A stretch of 64,000 nt of DNA from Pseudomonadota bacterium (GTDB lineage Bacteria > Desulfobacterota > Desulfobulbia > Desulfobulbales > CALZHT01): contig JAHJJF010000059.1 in NCBI GenBank assembly GCA_018823135.1, forward strand, positions 444-64,443. The letters run 5' to 3'. Numbering within the stretch: the stretch's first letter is position 1; the number at the start of each line of letters is the position of its first letter. Made by a program: the position numbers and the translations under genes. A model generated the notes under the pieces. The model had not been told where the DNA came from. It ran no database searches and worked only from the letters and a program-made list of their open reading frames with translations. Shown here piece by piece: positions 38,576 to 48,592 of the stretch.

Positions 38576-38782
38576 ACTCCTACCTCCCAATAATTGTTAC
38601 ATTCCTACAAAGTCCCGAAGGTATCAACAGGACCAAATAAAATCAATTATTTTACAGGCGTAATATTTGTCAGAATCGAGTTTTTTATACTTCCGACAAT
38701 CATTTTTTTGGTCCGCAAATAAAACAATAAAAATTAAAACGCAATAATTTAGCTTGATTTCATTTATTTCGCAACAGGTAAC

Positions 38783-40702
38783 TTAAATCTTACCCGAAAC
38801 CTCTTGACGAATCATCCCTGCAAACTCATCAATTGTCATTGCCGGAAGATTCTTGCCATCCCGTAAACGGACCGTAACAGTGCGGGACTCCATTTCCTTG
38901 TCGCCGACAATCAACATGAAGGGTATTTTTTTAAGCTGCGCCTCTCGAATTTTATAATTCAACTTCTCGTTTCGGATATCCTTTTCAACCCGAACCCCTG
39001 CTTGACGGAGTTCATTATAGACCTCGTCAACATATCCCAGCTGAGAATCAGTAATATTAAGAACCCTCGCCTGAGCAGGAGCCATCCATACTGGAAATGC
39101 GCCGGCATAATGCTCGATCATCACGCCAAAAAAACGTTCCAGCGAACCCATCAAAGCCCGATGAATCATGATCGGCTGATGTTCTTTGCCATCCTCGCCG
39201 GTATAACCGATTTCAAAACGTTCAGGAAGATTAAAATCAACCTGAATTGTCGAGCACTGCCAGGAACGCCCCAGAACATCCTTGATTTTGATATCAATCT
39301 TGGGTCCGTAAAAAACACCCTCGCCGGGATCTATCTCATACGCCAGGCCCTTTTTTTCAAGGGCAAGCTTGAGCGCCTCAGTGGCTTTCTCCCAATGCTC
39401 ATCGTTTCCGACATATTTTTCAGGCCGCGTGGAGAGATAAATATCGTACTGATCAAAACCAAAGGTCTTGAGGACGCTCAAGTTCAGATCAAGAATGTTG
39501 AAAATCTCCCCTTCAAGCTGATCCACCCTGCAGAAAATATGGGCGTCGTCCTGGGTAAATCCCCTGACCCGCATCAAACCATGCAGAGTTCCGGTGCGCT
39601 CGTAACGATACACGGTGCCCAGTTCACACCAGCGGATCGGGAATTCCCGATAACTTCTTTTGGCCGCCTTATAAATTGCTATATGAAAAGGACAGTTCAT
39701 CGGCTTGATCTGATAGCTCACTCCATCAATATCCATGGCCGCGTACATGTTTTCACCGTAGAAATCAAGATGGCCGCTGGTCTGCCAGAGGTCGCGCTTG
39801 GCTATATGCGGTGTATAGAGTAATTCATAGCCGTTGCGATAATGCTCGTCCTTCCAGAAGTCTTCGATAATTTTCCTGAGCATCGCCCCTTTTGGCATCC
39901 AGAGGATCAGGCCCGGTCCAATCTGGTCCTGAATGGTGAAAAGCTCAAGCTCGCGGCCGAGTTTCCGGTGATCGCGGTTTTTGGCTTCCTCAAGATTATC
40001 GAGATATTTCTTTAATGCCTTTGGATCAGCAAAGGCTGTTCCGTATAAACGCTGCAGCATCTGATTCTTTTCATCGCCGCGCCAGTAAGCGCCGGCAACC
40101 TTGATCAGCTTGAAGGCCTTTATCCAGCCGGTATGCGGCACATGGGGGCCGCGGCAGAGATCGACAAATCCACCCTGCTGATAAGTGGAAACCGTCTCCA
40201 GTTCCATCTCTTTAAGGAGTTCCACCTTAAAGCCCTGACCCGCCTGCTCAAACATCTGTATTGCATCGGCTAAGGAAATTTCTTTCCGCACAAATGCATT
40301 GGCCGAGCCGATGATCGACAGCATTCTTTCTTCGATCTTTTCAAAATCGTCCGGGGTAAAGGTGACGTTATCAAAATCGTAATAAAAGCCGTCCGAAATC
40401 GAAGGACCGATTGCAACCTTTACATCCGATCCATACAAATCGATAACCGCCTGGGCCATGACATGGGCAGCGCTGTGCCGAATGATCGCAAGACCCTCAT
40501 CGGTGTCATCAAAAACCGGCACAAGTTCTGTATCGGCACTCAAAGCCCGGGAAAGATCGCAGATTTCTTGGTTGATTTTAACGGCAACGGTCTTCTTGCG
40601 CTGCTTTTTGGAAAGCAAATCCCTTAGAGCTTCTTCAGCGGTAATTCCTGCCGGAAAAGTCCTTGAATCTCCATCCGGTATCGAGAGTGTAATCTCACTC
40701 AT
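38783..40702 (-). CDS. thrS: Threonine-tRNA ligase
   Basis: RHSAAH, RDHRKLG, KPMNCP, RVRGFTQDDAH. Confidence 0.98.
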   Translation of the reverse strand: MSEITLSIPDGDSRTFPAGITAEEALRDLLSKKQRKKTVAVKINQEICDLSRALSADTELVPVFDDTDEGLAIIRHSAAHVMAQAVIDLYGSDVKVAIGPSISDGFYYDFDNVTFTPDDFEKIEERMLSIIGSANAFVRKEISLADAIQMFEQAGQGFKVELLKEMELETVSTYQQGGFVDLCRGPHVPHTGWIKAFKLIKVAGAYWRGDEKNQMLQRLYGTAFADPKALKKYLDNLEEAKNRDHRKLGRELELFTIQDQIGPGLILWMPKGAMLRKIIEDFWKDEHYRNGYELLYTPHIAKRDLWQTSGHLDFYGENMYAAMDIDGVSYQIKPMNCPFHIAIYKAAKRSYREFPIRWCELGTVYRYERTGTLHGLMRVRGFTQDDAHIFCRVDQLEGEIFNILDLNLSVLKTFGFDQYDIYLSTRPEKYVGNDEHWEKATEALKLALEKKGLAYEIDPGEGVFYGPKIDIKIKDVLGRSWQCSTIQVDFNLPERFEIGYTGEDGKEHQPIMIHRALMGSLERFFGVMIEHYAGAFPVWMAPAQARVLNITDSQLGYVDEVYNELRQAGVRVEKDIRNEKLNYKIREAQLKKIPFMLIVGDKEMESRTVTVRLRDGKNLPAMTIDEFAGMIRQEVSGKI

Positions 40703-40809
40703 GCACAACACCTGTTTTCTTTATTCGGGTTCAACAAAAACCCCTATCCTGAAACAGGAAACTTCGCAGTGGTCTTACCATTGCGAAGCTCCAGACTTAC
40801 ATAAAAAAA

Positions 40810-40886
40810 TGGTAGGCGCGGGCGGATTCGAACCGCCGACCTCTTGCGTGTCGAGCAAGCGCTCTAACCAACTGAGCTACGCGCCT
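40810..40886 (-). tRNA. tRNA-Val(GAC)
   Basis: Cloverleaf AGGCGCG...CGCGCCT-A-CCA; anticodon loop TCGACAC. Confidence 0.93.
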
Positions 40887-41011
40887 ATATATCGTCTTCT
40901 TCAAAGAGATGCTTCAACGTAACAATCAAGCTAACCAAAGGGAATTCAAATACCAACTATTGCATGCCATGTCAAGGGAATTCCGGAATTTTACGATGCA
41001 AGATCCTTCGG

Positions 41012-41620
41012 TTATATTTCAGCTGCCTTCCTGCTTTCTATTGCCTTTGAGAGGGTAAGTTCGTCGGCATATTTAATATCCATTCCCATGGGAATCCCAA
41101 AGGCCAGCCTGGTAATTTTCACCGGAACCGCTGAAAGTCTGTGCACAAGATAGGCGGCAGTCGCCTCACCGGGCACAGTGGAACTGGTTGCGATCAGCAC
41201 CTCCTCTATTTTATGACGTCTGACCCTTGCAAGCAACGCATTGATTTTTATCTCTTCAGGGCCGATTCCATCCATTGGCGAAAGCGCGCCGTGCAGAATA
41301 TGATATTGCCCGCGGAAGGCGCCGGTTTTTTCTATGGCAATAAGATCGGCAGATTCCTCCACGACGCAGACGATTTTCGAATCGCGCCGGGTATCACTGC
41401 AGATAGCACATGGTTCCGATTCCGAGAAGGCAAAACAATTGGCGCATAACCGGATAGTTTCATGGAGCTCGGCCAGGTCCCGGGCCAGATTCCGGGCTTC
41501 ATCGGCGGGCCTCCTGAGAATGTAAAGCGCCAGGCGTGTCGCGGATTTTTTACCGATTCCGGGAAGACGACTGAGATCGGCAATAAGTCTGTCCAGGGCT
41601 GCAGGAAGAATATTCATCAT
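41012..41620 (-). CDS. recR: Recombination mediator RecR
   Basis: LPGIGKKSA.RLA, C4 zinc finger, TOPRIM 'CVVE', 'YHILHG.LSP'. Confidence 0.97.
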   Translation of the reverse strand: MMNILPAALDRLIADLSRLPGIGKKSATRLALYILRRPADEARNLARDLAELHETIRLCANCFAFSESEPCAICSDTRRDSKIVCVVEESADLIAIEKTGAFRGQYHILHGALSPMDGIGPEEIKINALLARVRRHKIEEVLIATSSTVPGEATAAYLVHRLSAVPVKITRLAFGIPMGMDIKYADELTLSKAIESRKAAEI

Positions 41621-41639
41621 AGCAGGATCGGTGAACGCA

Positions 41640-41948
41640 TTAAAACAGACCGGGGATATTCATTCCGCCGGTCAGTTTGCCCAATTCGGATTTAGCAAGC
41701 TCTCCCGCTTTTCGCATTGCATCGTTTACTGCTGACATCACCAGATCCTGCAACATCACCGGGTCAGACGGGTCAATGACCTCTTTTTCGATGACCAGGG
41801 AAATCAGCTCGTGCCTGCCATTTACTGTTGCGGTGACCATGCCGCCACCCACTGAGGAAGAAACCTTCTTGCCCGCAAGCTCCTCCTGGGATTTTGCCAG
41901 ATTTTTCTGGAATTCCTGGGCCTGCTTCATTATCTGACTCATATCCAT
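41640..41948 (-). CDS. ybaB: YbaB/EbfC nucleoid-associated protein
   Basis: 'GGGMVT.TVNG', 'MLQDLV..AVNDA'; dnaX-ybaB-recR synteny. Confidence 0.96.
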   Translation of the reverse strand: MDMSQIMKQAQEFQKNLAKSQEELAGKKVSSSVGGGMVTATVNGRHELISLVIEKEVIDPSDPVMLQDLVMSAVNDAMRKAGELAKSELGKLTGGMNIPGLF

Positions 41949-42067
41949 AAGTTACACCTTTTAATTAGGTTGGTAAGCTGTTTAGACTGTAGACTGTTAG
42001 CAAAAACTTATTTTCCAGCAACAGCTCACGGAGTGAAACCACCACAAACACGCTTGGATCCTATGCT

Positions 42068-42177
42068 GTAAACGGTCACAGGGTGGTGTAGTTGCAAGGA
42101 AGAGACCTGTTTGCTATACATTTCAGTATGCAAACAGGTTGATGACACTGCAAATGCGCCGCCATGGGACCGTTTAC
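42068..42177. repeat. 110-bp imperfect palindromic element (MITE/REP-like)
   Basis: Terminal GTAAACGGTC/GACCGTTTAC and inner ACCTGTTTGC/GCAAACAGGT stems. Confidence 0.7.
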
Positions 42178-43952
42178 TATCTGCTGCGGGGTCCGGTGCG
42201 AATGCCCACAACCTGGCCGCCGAATATTTCCGTGGTCATCTGAACCATGGGGTCATTGGCAAGGGCGCGTCTGCCTTCCTGAGGGCCGTCGGTTTCCTTT
42301 TCGGCATCAAGACTATTGCCGCGGACATTTATTTTCACGGAAAACTCATTTTGAAAAAAATCCTGAGCAAACTCCGTGAGCAATTTAAAATTTTCCGGTT
42401 CCTGAAGGACCTTGCAGTCGGTTCTCTCATCATATTTCAGGATAAGGTCAGATCCTTCTTCCCGGGCGCTAGAACACAGCCTGAGGACATGCGCCATCCA
42501 TTTTTTCCGATCCATGACATAATCAATGAACCCGTCCCAATTCGCTCGAATATCCTTTTTCTGAACATGAACTGCCACAGGAGTGATTTGTTCAGGCGTT
42601 ATCTCTTCAAATTCCTGCAGGTCGTCTTCGTCTTCAGAATTTTCTTCAGGAACATCATCAGGGCTGAGGCTGACATCTTCATGGCTTACAATTGTTTTCA
42701 GCGGCTCGACTATCGGTTCAGGAGGAGACCCTTGCCGCTCTGACTGGATCACTGCTGTTTTTTTTTCAGGTACCGGGGCCGCGGCCGCTTCGGGTTCCTC
42801 AGCGCTGATACCGCGTCCAGAGAGCAGTGCATCCACTTTTTCGAGCAATGTGGAAACCGGCACAATCTGCCCCGCCCTGGTTGCTTTGATAAATGTCATT
42901 TCGAGCACCATTCTAGGATGCTGCGAATAATGCATTTCCTCAACCCCTTTCAAGAGCAGATAAAAATGCTGGTACAGGGTTTCAGCTTCGTGGTTTGCGG
43001 CCAGATCCTTCATCGCCCTGAACTCCAAATCGGCCAGATCAAGCAGTTCTTCAGGATTGGCACTGGTCTTGATGATCAGCAACGCCCGGAAATAAAGCAG
43101 CAAATCATTCATAAAGCGTTTGAGATCAATCCCTGCCGTAAAGCTGTCATCAAGGAATTTAAGCGCCGTGCCGAGATCGCTTTCAAGAATGGCCCTGGCG
43201 ATAGCTCCAAAGATGCTGCGGTCAACAAGCCCCAGAACCTGAGTCACATCTTCATCCTTTACTTCATTGCCGCCGAATGAAAAAACCTGGTCAAGGAGAC
43301 TCAAGCCGTCTCGCACACTCCCTTCCGCCTCTTTTGCAATCATCTCAAGAGCGGTCTGCGAGATCTTCACCTTCTCCTGCTCAGAGATTTTTTCAAAAAA
43401 CGAAACAAGTTCAACAAAGGGGATGCGCTTCAGTTCGTAGCGCTGACAGCGCGAAAGAATCGTGATGGGAATTTTATGGAGTTCGGTTGTGGCAAACATG
43501 AAAAAAACATGTTCAGGAGGCTCCTCCAAGGTCTTGAGCAGAGCATTGAAGGCTTCGGCTGTGAGCATATGCACTTCATCAATAATGATGATTTTATAGC
43601 GGCCCTTGACCGGAAAAAAACGGATATTCTCTTTAAGTTCGCGAATTTCCTGAATGCCGCGGTTGGATGCGCCGTCGATCTCATGCAGGTCAATTGCCGA
43701 GCCCCTGGTAATTTCCAGGCAGGATTCACAGCTATTGCATGGCGGGGGCCCCTCTCCGGTGCAATTCATCGCCTTGGCCATGATCCGCGCAAGGGTGGTT
43801 TTCCCTACCCCCCTGACGCCACTGAAAATCATCGCATGGGCCACCCGGTTTCGGGCAAGGGCATTTTTGAGCGTCCTGACAACAGGGGTCTGCCCGACTA
43901 CATCTTCAAAAATCTGGGGGCGCCATTTCCTGGCAAGAACTAAATAGGACAC
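42177..43952 (-). CDS. dnaX: DNA polymerase III subunit tau/gamma
   Basis: LARKWRP, GVRGVGKTT, IDEVHML, SRCQ. Confidence 0.98.
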   Translation of the reverse strand: MSYLVLARKWRPQIFEDVVGQTPVVRTLKNALARNRVAHAMIFSGVRGVGKTTLARIMAKAMNCTGEGPPPCNSCESCLEITRGSAIDLHEIDGASNRGIQEIRELKENIRFFPVKGRYKIIIIDEVHMLTAEAFNALLKTLEEPPEHVFFMFATTELHKIPITILSRCQRYELKRIPFVELVSFFEKISEQEKVKISQTALEMIAKEAEGSVRDGLSLLDQVFSFGGNEVKDEDVTQVLGLVDRSIFGAIARAILESDLGTALKFLDDSFTAGIDLKRFMNDLLLYFRALLIIKTSANPEELLDLADLEFRAMKDLAANHEAETLYQHFYLLLKGVEEMHYSQHPRMVLEMTFIKATRAGQIVPVSTLLEKVDALLSGRGISAEEPEAAAAPVPEKKTAVIQSERQGSPPEPIVEPLKTIVSHEDVSLSPDDVPEENSEDEDDLQEFEEITPEQITPVAVHVQKKDIRANWDGFIDYVMDRKKWMAHVLRLCSSAREEGSDLILKYDERTDCKVLQEPENFKLLTEFAQDFFQNEFSVKINVRGNSLDAEKETDGPQEGRRALANDPMVQMTTEIFGGQVVGIRTGPRSR

Positions 43953-44180
43953 ATCTTCAACCTAAGTGATTTTTTTTACTCGAAGCTAAACTACAGCTGG
44001 CCTGATTATTATTCCAACCTATCCGCCGGTAATTGGCAAGAATAAATTACCACACGTTAATCCTGAATACGAGCAGAGGTTGATAATGATGCACGGAAGA
44101 ACTTTTTTCAGCTGTAGTTAAATCCGCTGAAATAGCGAGGACAAGGCAGATTGATAACATCTGCCGGTATTCAAAAAAAT

Positions 44181-44282
44181 GATAGCCAGGCACCCCTGCA
44201 ACACACAAAGGGGTTCGCTACCGTTGCTTCCTCCCGGACCTGGCGGAGTTTGCGAGCCTTTGTTGCGCAGGACCCGGCTATC
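44181..44282 (-). ncRNA. ffs: Signal recognition particle RNA (4.5S)
   Basis: Long hairpin containing GCCAGGTCCGGGAGGAAGCAAC (helix 8); conserved position upstream of dnaX. Confidence 0.92.
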
Positions 44283-44526
44283 ATAACCGTAATCCAATTT
44301 ACTGAAGTGTGCGTTTTAAATTTTGAAAACCAATTTATTGTTGAAAGGTAAGAATCTCTTTTCAGTTTTCAAAATTTAAAACCCTACCGGGATTTACGTT
44401 TTTACCGAATCTACTTCGGAGTCTACGCTTTCCTGTCAGAATACATCCCGCATAGTTTACTATAGCAGCATGTATTCTTTCGCGCATCTTCGGCAAACAC
44501 AAAAATCGCCCAACTCAGGTATTTCA

Positions 44527-44614
<88 letters not shown>

Positions 44615-44740
44615 TTTTACTGCAATCTTATTAAAAACCGGGCAGCATCAAAAAAATTACTGTCCTGATAATAAGAATCCGGGATTCTAAACGATTAACC
44701 AGAAAATTCAAAGGATATTCCAAAAAACATTAAAAAATTC

Positions 44741-44834
<94 letters not shown>

Positions 44835-44865
44835 CCATTGAGGATAATCACCCGATAAACAGGAA

Positions 44866-45333
44866 TCATCCTCGCCGTTTCTTAAAAAAATCCTTCAGCA
44901 TGCTCGATGCCTGATCAGCCCAAACCCCTCCGGTAACCTCCAGAGCATGATTCAGTTTGCCGTCACGGCCAATGCCATATAACGATTCAACCGCCCCGGC
45001 CTTGGGATCGCTTGCGCCATATATAAGTCGGCTGATGCGGGCGTGCACCATAGCCCCGGCACACATTACGCATGGTTCAAGCGTAACATAGAGACTTAGC
45101 CCGGCGAGACGGTAATTGCCTGTTTTTTCCCCTGCCGCGCGCATGACCAGTATCTCGGCGTGACCTGCGGGGTCACTCAGCTCAATACTCCGGTTGCCGT
45201 CCTGAGCCAGGATTACTCCGTCCTGATCGACAATGACCGCCCCCACCGGCACCTCGCCCCGTTCCGCAGCCATTGCCGCCTCCTCCAGGGCCATCTCCAT
45301 ATATTTAGAATCTGAATCCATGATGGCAACCAA
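44866..45333 (-). CDS. tadA: tRNA adenosine(34) deaminase
   Basis: GEVPVGAV, HAE, TLEPCVMC, DPKAGA; start may be 45321. Confidence 0.96.
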   Translation of the reverse strand: MVAIMDSDSKYMEMALEEAAMAAERGEVPVGAVIVDQDGVILAQDGNRSIELSDPAGHAEILVMRAAGEKTGNYRLAGLSLYVTLEPCVMCAGAMVHARISRLIYGASDPKAGAVESLYGIGRDGKLNHALEVTGGVWADQASSMLKDFFKKRRG

Positions 45334-45397
45334 GGAAATCCATTCAATGAGCCTGACAATCGTTTAACATCCCGCCCCGAACCCACAACAAACTTCT

Positions 45398-46318
45398 TTA
45401 TTCTTCCGCTCCCCTTTTCTGTTTATTGGCAAATTTCGCAGCCTCCATCCCGGCAACACAGCCTTCGCCAACCGCCTTTGCCATCTGGTAGGGATGTCCG
45501 GTGATATCACCGGCGGCATAAATACCCGGGAGGTTGGTTTCCTGCTGCTTGTTGGTTTGAATGTGAGTGAAGGTCTCGGTATCGAGGAGCACCCCGAGAT
45601 TATTGGCAAGTTCAACAGCGCCCTTGGCACCGAGTTCGATGAACACCCCTTCCACCTCAAGGGTCGTGTCATCGGCAAGAAGCAGGCCTTGCACAGCATT
45701 TTCACCAAGAATTTCTTTTACCCAGGTTCCTTGCTGGATAATTACACTGCTTTCCGCAAGCTTCTTTGCAAGTTCCTCGGATACGTTCAGACTCTTGGCA
45801 ACCAGGGTCACCGCGGAGGCATACTTGGTAAGGGTCAGGGCCCCGTCTGCAGCGGCGCTCTCGTTACCCACCACCGCGACTTTGGCGTTCCGGAAAAAGT
45901 TGGCGTCACAATCAACACAATAACTCACACCCCGGCCAAGCAATTCTTTTTCGCCTTTCACCTTCAATGTTTTCCTGGCAGTTCCGGTGGCGATAATAAT
46001 CGTTCTTGCGGTAATTTCGCGGCCACTTTCAATGGTTATATGAAACAGAGAATCTTTCTGGACGATATGCAGCACGTCCTCTTCAACGGTTTCAGCGCCG
46101 AACCGCAGGGCCTGTTCTCTGCCGACCCGGAGCATTTCACTGCCTTCGGTGACCCCGTCGACACAGAGGTAATTTTCCACATGCGCCCGATAGATACTGC
46201 TTTTCTGTGGTTTGCCGAGGACGATAGTGGCTGCTTTTTTGCGGGTGGAGTGCAGCGCTGCCTGGAGCCCGGCAGGACCTGCACCGACTATTACGACGTC
46301 GATAATTTCATTAGTCAT
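45398..46318 (-). CDS. Thioredoxin reductase-like FAD/NAD(P) disulfide oxidoreductase
   Basis: GAGPAG, ATG, GRGVSYCVDCD, AAGD motifs. Confidence 0.88.
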   Translation of the reverse strand: MTNEIIDVVIVGAGPAGLQAALHSTRKKAATIVLGKPQKSSIYRAHVENYLCVDGVTEGSEMLRVGREQALRFGAETVEEDVLHIVQKDSLFHITIESGREITARTIIIATGTARKTLKVKGEKELLGRGVSYCVDCDANFFRNAKVAVVGNESAAADGALTLTKYASAVTLVAKSLNVSEELAKKLAESSVIIQQGTWVKEILGENAVQGLLLADDTTLEVEGVFIELGAKGAVELANNLGVLLDTETFTHIQTNKQQETNLPGIYAAGDITGHPYQMAKAVGEGCVAGMEAAKFANKQKRGAEE

Positions 46319-46597
46319 GGTTTGTTCTCGTATAGGGAATAGTTATGGTGGAGTCCACCAGATATGGTTTCATTAGCAACTGATTAATAGTTATACACAA
46401 CGACATAAGTTTGCCAATCGTTGGCGAACCGCAGCATATCGAACAAGGTGTCAATCGTCCGATGTCTTGTTTGAGGACAATGTCGAATGTCGAAGTAACA
46501 CCTTCATAATTCTGCGGTTCCTTATTCGATATTCGATATTGAAAATAAGTCTAAGCACAATTTTTTATGACGCTCTGTATAATTATGTCTGAAAATA

Positions 46598-46636
46598 AAA
46601 AAGAACGGCTGGCGCTTCCACCAAACCGTTCTTTTC
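46598..46636. terminator. Rho-independent terminator downstream of the FN3/FGE gene
   Basis: AAAAAAGAACGG...CCGTTCTTTT hairpin. Confidence 0.65.
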
Positions 46637-46675
46637 AAAATAGTTCTATGAATTCAGAAAATCAAGTAATGATCA

Positions 46676-48337
46676 TTATAAATCACGAACGATCCGGAAA
46701 CCGGTCGCGCCATTCTTGGTTGTGGATGGGGCAACTATCCCTCCCCTGTGTGCTGAACGACATTCCTGTGATTCATCTCCAAAATTGCCACCCCGTATAG
46801 CCTTGAAAGATCCAGAGCCAGGACCGGTCGGGTTAAGAACCGGATCTGTTCCGAGATTAGACACAAACCAGTCATTAGTTAATTCAGCAAGGTTTCCATG
46901 CATGTCGTAGATACCCCATGCATTGGAAACACCTGCGCTTGCAACAGTTTTTTTCACATTGCCGGAATTGTAACCGTACCAACCAATTTGAACCAAAACA
47001 GGATCAGGGGCACCAGACCCTGTGACTGTAATCTCACCATTGGCAAATGCAGTAGTTGAACCAGCACGGGCTGCATACTCCCACTCAGCTTCCGTAGGCA
47101 ACCTGAATATCCCCCAACCTTGTATATTTAATGTTGTCAATAAACCGGCAGCCTCATCCCATGTAATATTTTCCACAGGAAAACCATCCCCCGCATTATC
47201 AAGTGAAGGGGCCGTCATCGCTATATCCTGCCATTGTTTTTGTGTCACCTCTGTGGCTGTAATAAAAAATGGTGTGGTCAAAGTCACCTGATGCTCATAC
47301 TCATCAAAAGAATCATGTCCAAGCTCACCAACAGGACTACCCATGGTATAGACTCCTGCGGGGACCAGTACAAACTCGAAACCATACGGATTAGGGATGG
47401 CAACAATCTCAGTTGACTCATCGCTTTCACCGGCAGAGTTAACCGCGGTCACCACGAGATAATAAGGCGTGCCATTAGTCAGACTGCTCAATATATACGG
47501 ACTTGTCACAACGTTAACTGAGTTAAGTGTGGATTTGGAGACGCCGGCAGTTGTGTCGTAATAAACATTATATGAAGTAGCGCCGGTCACCGCAGTCCAT
47601 AGAAGAGCAACCTGGAAATTACCGGCCGCCCGGGTAAATCCGGTGGGCGCGGAAAGAGGAGCGGCGGACACTTGGCTTGAACTGAGACTTTCACCACCGC
47701 TGTTAACTGCGGTAACAACAAAATAATAGGGGGTCCCGTTGGTAAGTCCAGTCCTTGTAGTCGGACTCGTTACCCCGGAAACCATAGTACCACTGGCCTT
47801 TGATGCAAAATTATCCCTGGTGACCCCGGCTTCGGTGGCCTGGTACAGATTATACGAGGTGGCACCGGAAACCGCATTCCAACTGACGGTGACCTGGCCG
47901 TCAGCCCAGGATATCTGCACATTTGACGGCACAGCTAAAGGGGTCGTTAAAACCTCGCTTGAGCTTAGGCTTTCACCGCCGCTGTTAACTGCGGTGACAA
48001 CAAAGTAATAGGTAGTTCCGGCGACGAGTCCAGTTCTGGCAATGGGACTCGTTACCCCGGAGACCTTTGTGCCTCCGGCTTTTGATGCATAATTATCCTT
48101 GGTGACCCCGGTTGTCGTGGCCTGATACAGATTATACGAAGTCGCGCCGGTGACTGCATCCCAGCTGACGGTGATCTGGTCGTCGACCCAGGTGATCTGC
48201 AGACCGGTGGGCGTCGATGGAACGGCTACAACCGGTGCCGGATCATCTCCACCGCCACTGCAGGCATAGAGAAAAAACGTCGTCAGGACAATCAGAATAC
48301 AAGCGGAAAAGGATTTGAGATTGAATGCTCGCATCAT
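46676..48337 (-). CDS. Lipoprotein with three fibronectin type III repeats and a C-terminal FGE-sulfatase (SUMF1-like) domain
   Basis: Lipobox LYAC; 3x 'W.AV.GATSYN.Y...YYFVVTAVNS.GES'; RLPTEAEWEYAARAG, YDMHGN, GFRIV. Confidence 0.9.
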   Translation of the reverse strand: MMRAFNLKSFSACILIVLTTFFLYACSGGGDDPAPVVAVPSTPTGLQITWVDDQITVSWDAVTGATSYNLYQATTTGVTKDNYASKAGGTKVSGVTSPIARTGLVAGTTYYFVVTAVNSGGESLSSSEVLTTPLAVPSNVQISWADGQVTVSWNAVSGATSYNLYQATEAGVTRDNFASKASGTMVSGVTSPTTRTGLTNGTPYYFVVTAVNSGGESLSSSQVSAAPLSAPTGFTRAAGNFQVALLWTAVTGATSYNVYYDTTAGVSKSTLNSVNVVTSPYILSSLTNGTPYYLVVTAVNSAGESDESTEIVAIPNPYGFEFVLVPAGVYTMGSPVGELGHDSFDEYEHQVTLTTPFFITATEVTQKQWQDIAMTAPSLDNAGDGFPVENITWDEAAGLLTTLNIQGWGIFRLPTEAEWEYAARAGSTTAFANGEITVTGSGAPDPVLVQIGWYGYNSGNVKKTVASAGVSNAWGIYDMHGNLAELTNDWFVSNLGTDPVLNPTGPGSGSFKAIRGGNFGDESQECRSAHRGGIVAPSTTKNGATGFRIVRDL

Positions 48338-48592
48338 ACATACTCCTCGTTATAGATGAACAGCGCCGTATTTCTTGATGAGTCGAAACGGCAACAGGGA
48401 AAAGATAATCACACTTCATTCATTTTACAAAATTTATGGAATAATCACAACATGTGCCTCTGTTTTCTCAGGTAATATCCCCCAAAGAACTTCCTGAAAT
48501 ATGCCGTGGACAGACCGCCTCAAACCTTTTACTATACTGTTTCCGTAAACCATTTGAACGCTTTTAGCTGTTTGAACCTGATTTGGGAAACA

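Noticed and set aside
39002-39823. Long antisense ORFs (also 45494-46342, 49247-49981, 55016-55714, 60100-60996)
   Set aside because: Shadows of well-supported genes on the opposite strand, with no motifs of their own
42068-42177. Integron attC site or 6S RNA
   Set aside because: Ends do not fit RYYYAAC/GTTRRRY, and it is much shorter than typical 6S RNA
46676-46820. Complete diversity-generating retroelement
   Set aside because: No reverse transcriptase or template repeat seen in this window
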